Shown here: positions 63,000 to 64,000 of the stretch, piece by piece
Layout: each line of letters opens with the position of its first letter
How positions within the stretch are numbered: position 1 is the first letter of the stretch
Assembly: GCF_009914755.1 (NCBI RefSeq)
Contig: NC_060930.1
Origin: the human T2T-CHM13v2.0 reference genome, Homo sapiens
Length of the DNA: 64,000 nucleotides
Strand: one strand, 5' to 3'
Notes under the pieces: generated by a model
What the model was told of the DNA's origin: nothing
The model's input: the letters and a program-made list of their open reading frames with translations, nothing else
Database searches by the model: none
Translations under genes and position numbers: made by a program

Positions 63000-63827
63000 T
63001 CAGGAAGCAATGAAAACTCTTGCCTAAGTCACTTGCTTTCTTTCTCTCAGTTGGTGCTTAGGACACTGAAGACTCTCACTGGCTGATTCAGCAAGTTATG
63101 CCCCAAATGAGGCCCCCACATAAAGCTCTGCAGAACCTGTCACTGACAGTCTTATTGGGTCATGGTTCCTTCCACTGGGATGCATCCGCCAGCCTCCCAG
63201 TGGCCATCAGGAGCTGGGCTGATTCCCATCCAACCATTAATCAACTGAACTCTAGCTTGTCTCCAAGCCCTCCATAGTAGCCTTATCTATGTGACTGATC
63301 TTCTGAGCCTCAGCTCAGTTTTTGCCACTAGTTTCCTCCTGGAATTACAGTCCTATATGAATCCCCCAGCTGCCTTTGCTGAGGCCCTGACACTCGAATT
63401 AGCTTTTGCCAACTCCCTTGGGATAGACCTTGTTCCCAGGCTCAGCATCTGGAATATAGCCCTGCCTGCTGCCATTTGACTTTGAGAATCTTCATGTTCT
63501 GTAATTCAAATTCCTATTTCAACCACCAAATTGGGCCCCTCCACCTATGCAACTTTCTGCTACCATTTGTTGCCAATGCCCTAATGTATGCGGCTAATGA
63601 CATAGCCTTTCATGGTTCTAGTGTTCTCCTCTTCCTCCCAGCCTTTGCCCTGAAGTCTTCCTGAGTGTCACGAACAAGCCCACATCAGTGCAGACTGAGA
63701 CTAATCAGGGTTGGTGAGATTTAGTGTTCTCTGGGGTGCTTCACATATAGCCTCCCCTATAAACCTTGGGAGATTATATTCAGGTTTTATATGTATGACA
63801 GTTCTTTGAGGCAGATACTATTCAGCA

Positions 63828-63960
63828 GATTTTATGATCAAGAAAAATGGAAGGTAACCAGTGAAGTCCCTTTTTCAAGATCACATAATTGGTAAATGGG
63901 CAGAGATGAAATTTGAACCCGGGTTTTTCTGAGTCCCATATTCATACTCTTTCTGCTCCT
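63828..63960 (-). mobile_element. MIR
   Basis: 'caagatcacataattggtaaatgggcagagatgaaatttgaaccc'. Confidence 0.75.
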
Positions 63961-64000
63961 CTTCACTGCACTTCATAAAAGTGTACACCATATGTTCTAT

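Overview
This is primate DNA, human or great-ape-like judging by the AluY and L1PA2/3-type elements. It is non-coding and very rich in transposons. I find no credible cellular protein-coding exon: the longest ORFs are broken LINE-1 ORF1/ORF2 pieces or incidental frames in LTRs, Alus and microsatellites. About 11.3-47.8 kb is a stack of minus-strand L1s of different ages, with nested Alus, a MADE1 MITE, an MST (MaLR) provirus and a MER52-like solo LTR. The flanks hold older MLT, MER, L2 and MIR relics and some unique sequence with possible enhancers. The most informative signals are structural. (1) A young L1 at about 58.1-60.8 kb has a target-site duplication (TSD) that also encloses about 130 bp of extra sequence and a second poly(A), indicating an L1 3' transduction. 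(2) Three locally templated insertions are present: a 247-bp inverted copy inside a scrambled (TA)n tract, a 123-bp direct copy of unique DNA, and a 20-bp inverted copy inside an L1. (3) A four-level nest (old L1 > internally deleted L1 > MST provirus > MER52) has a readable TSD for each of the three insertions. Repeat family names come from my recall of consensus sequences, not from a database search, and most repeat boundaries are approximate.
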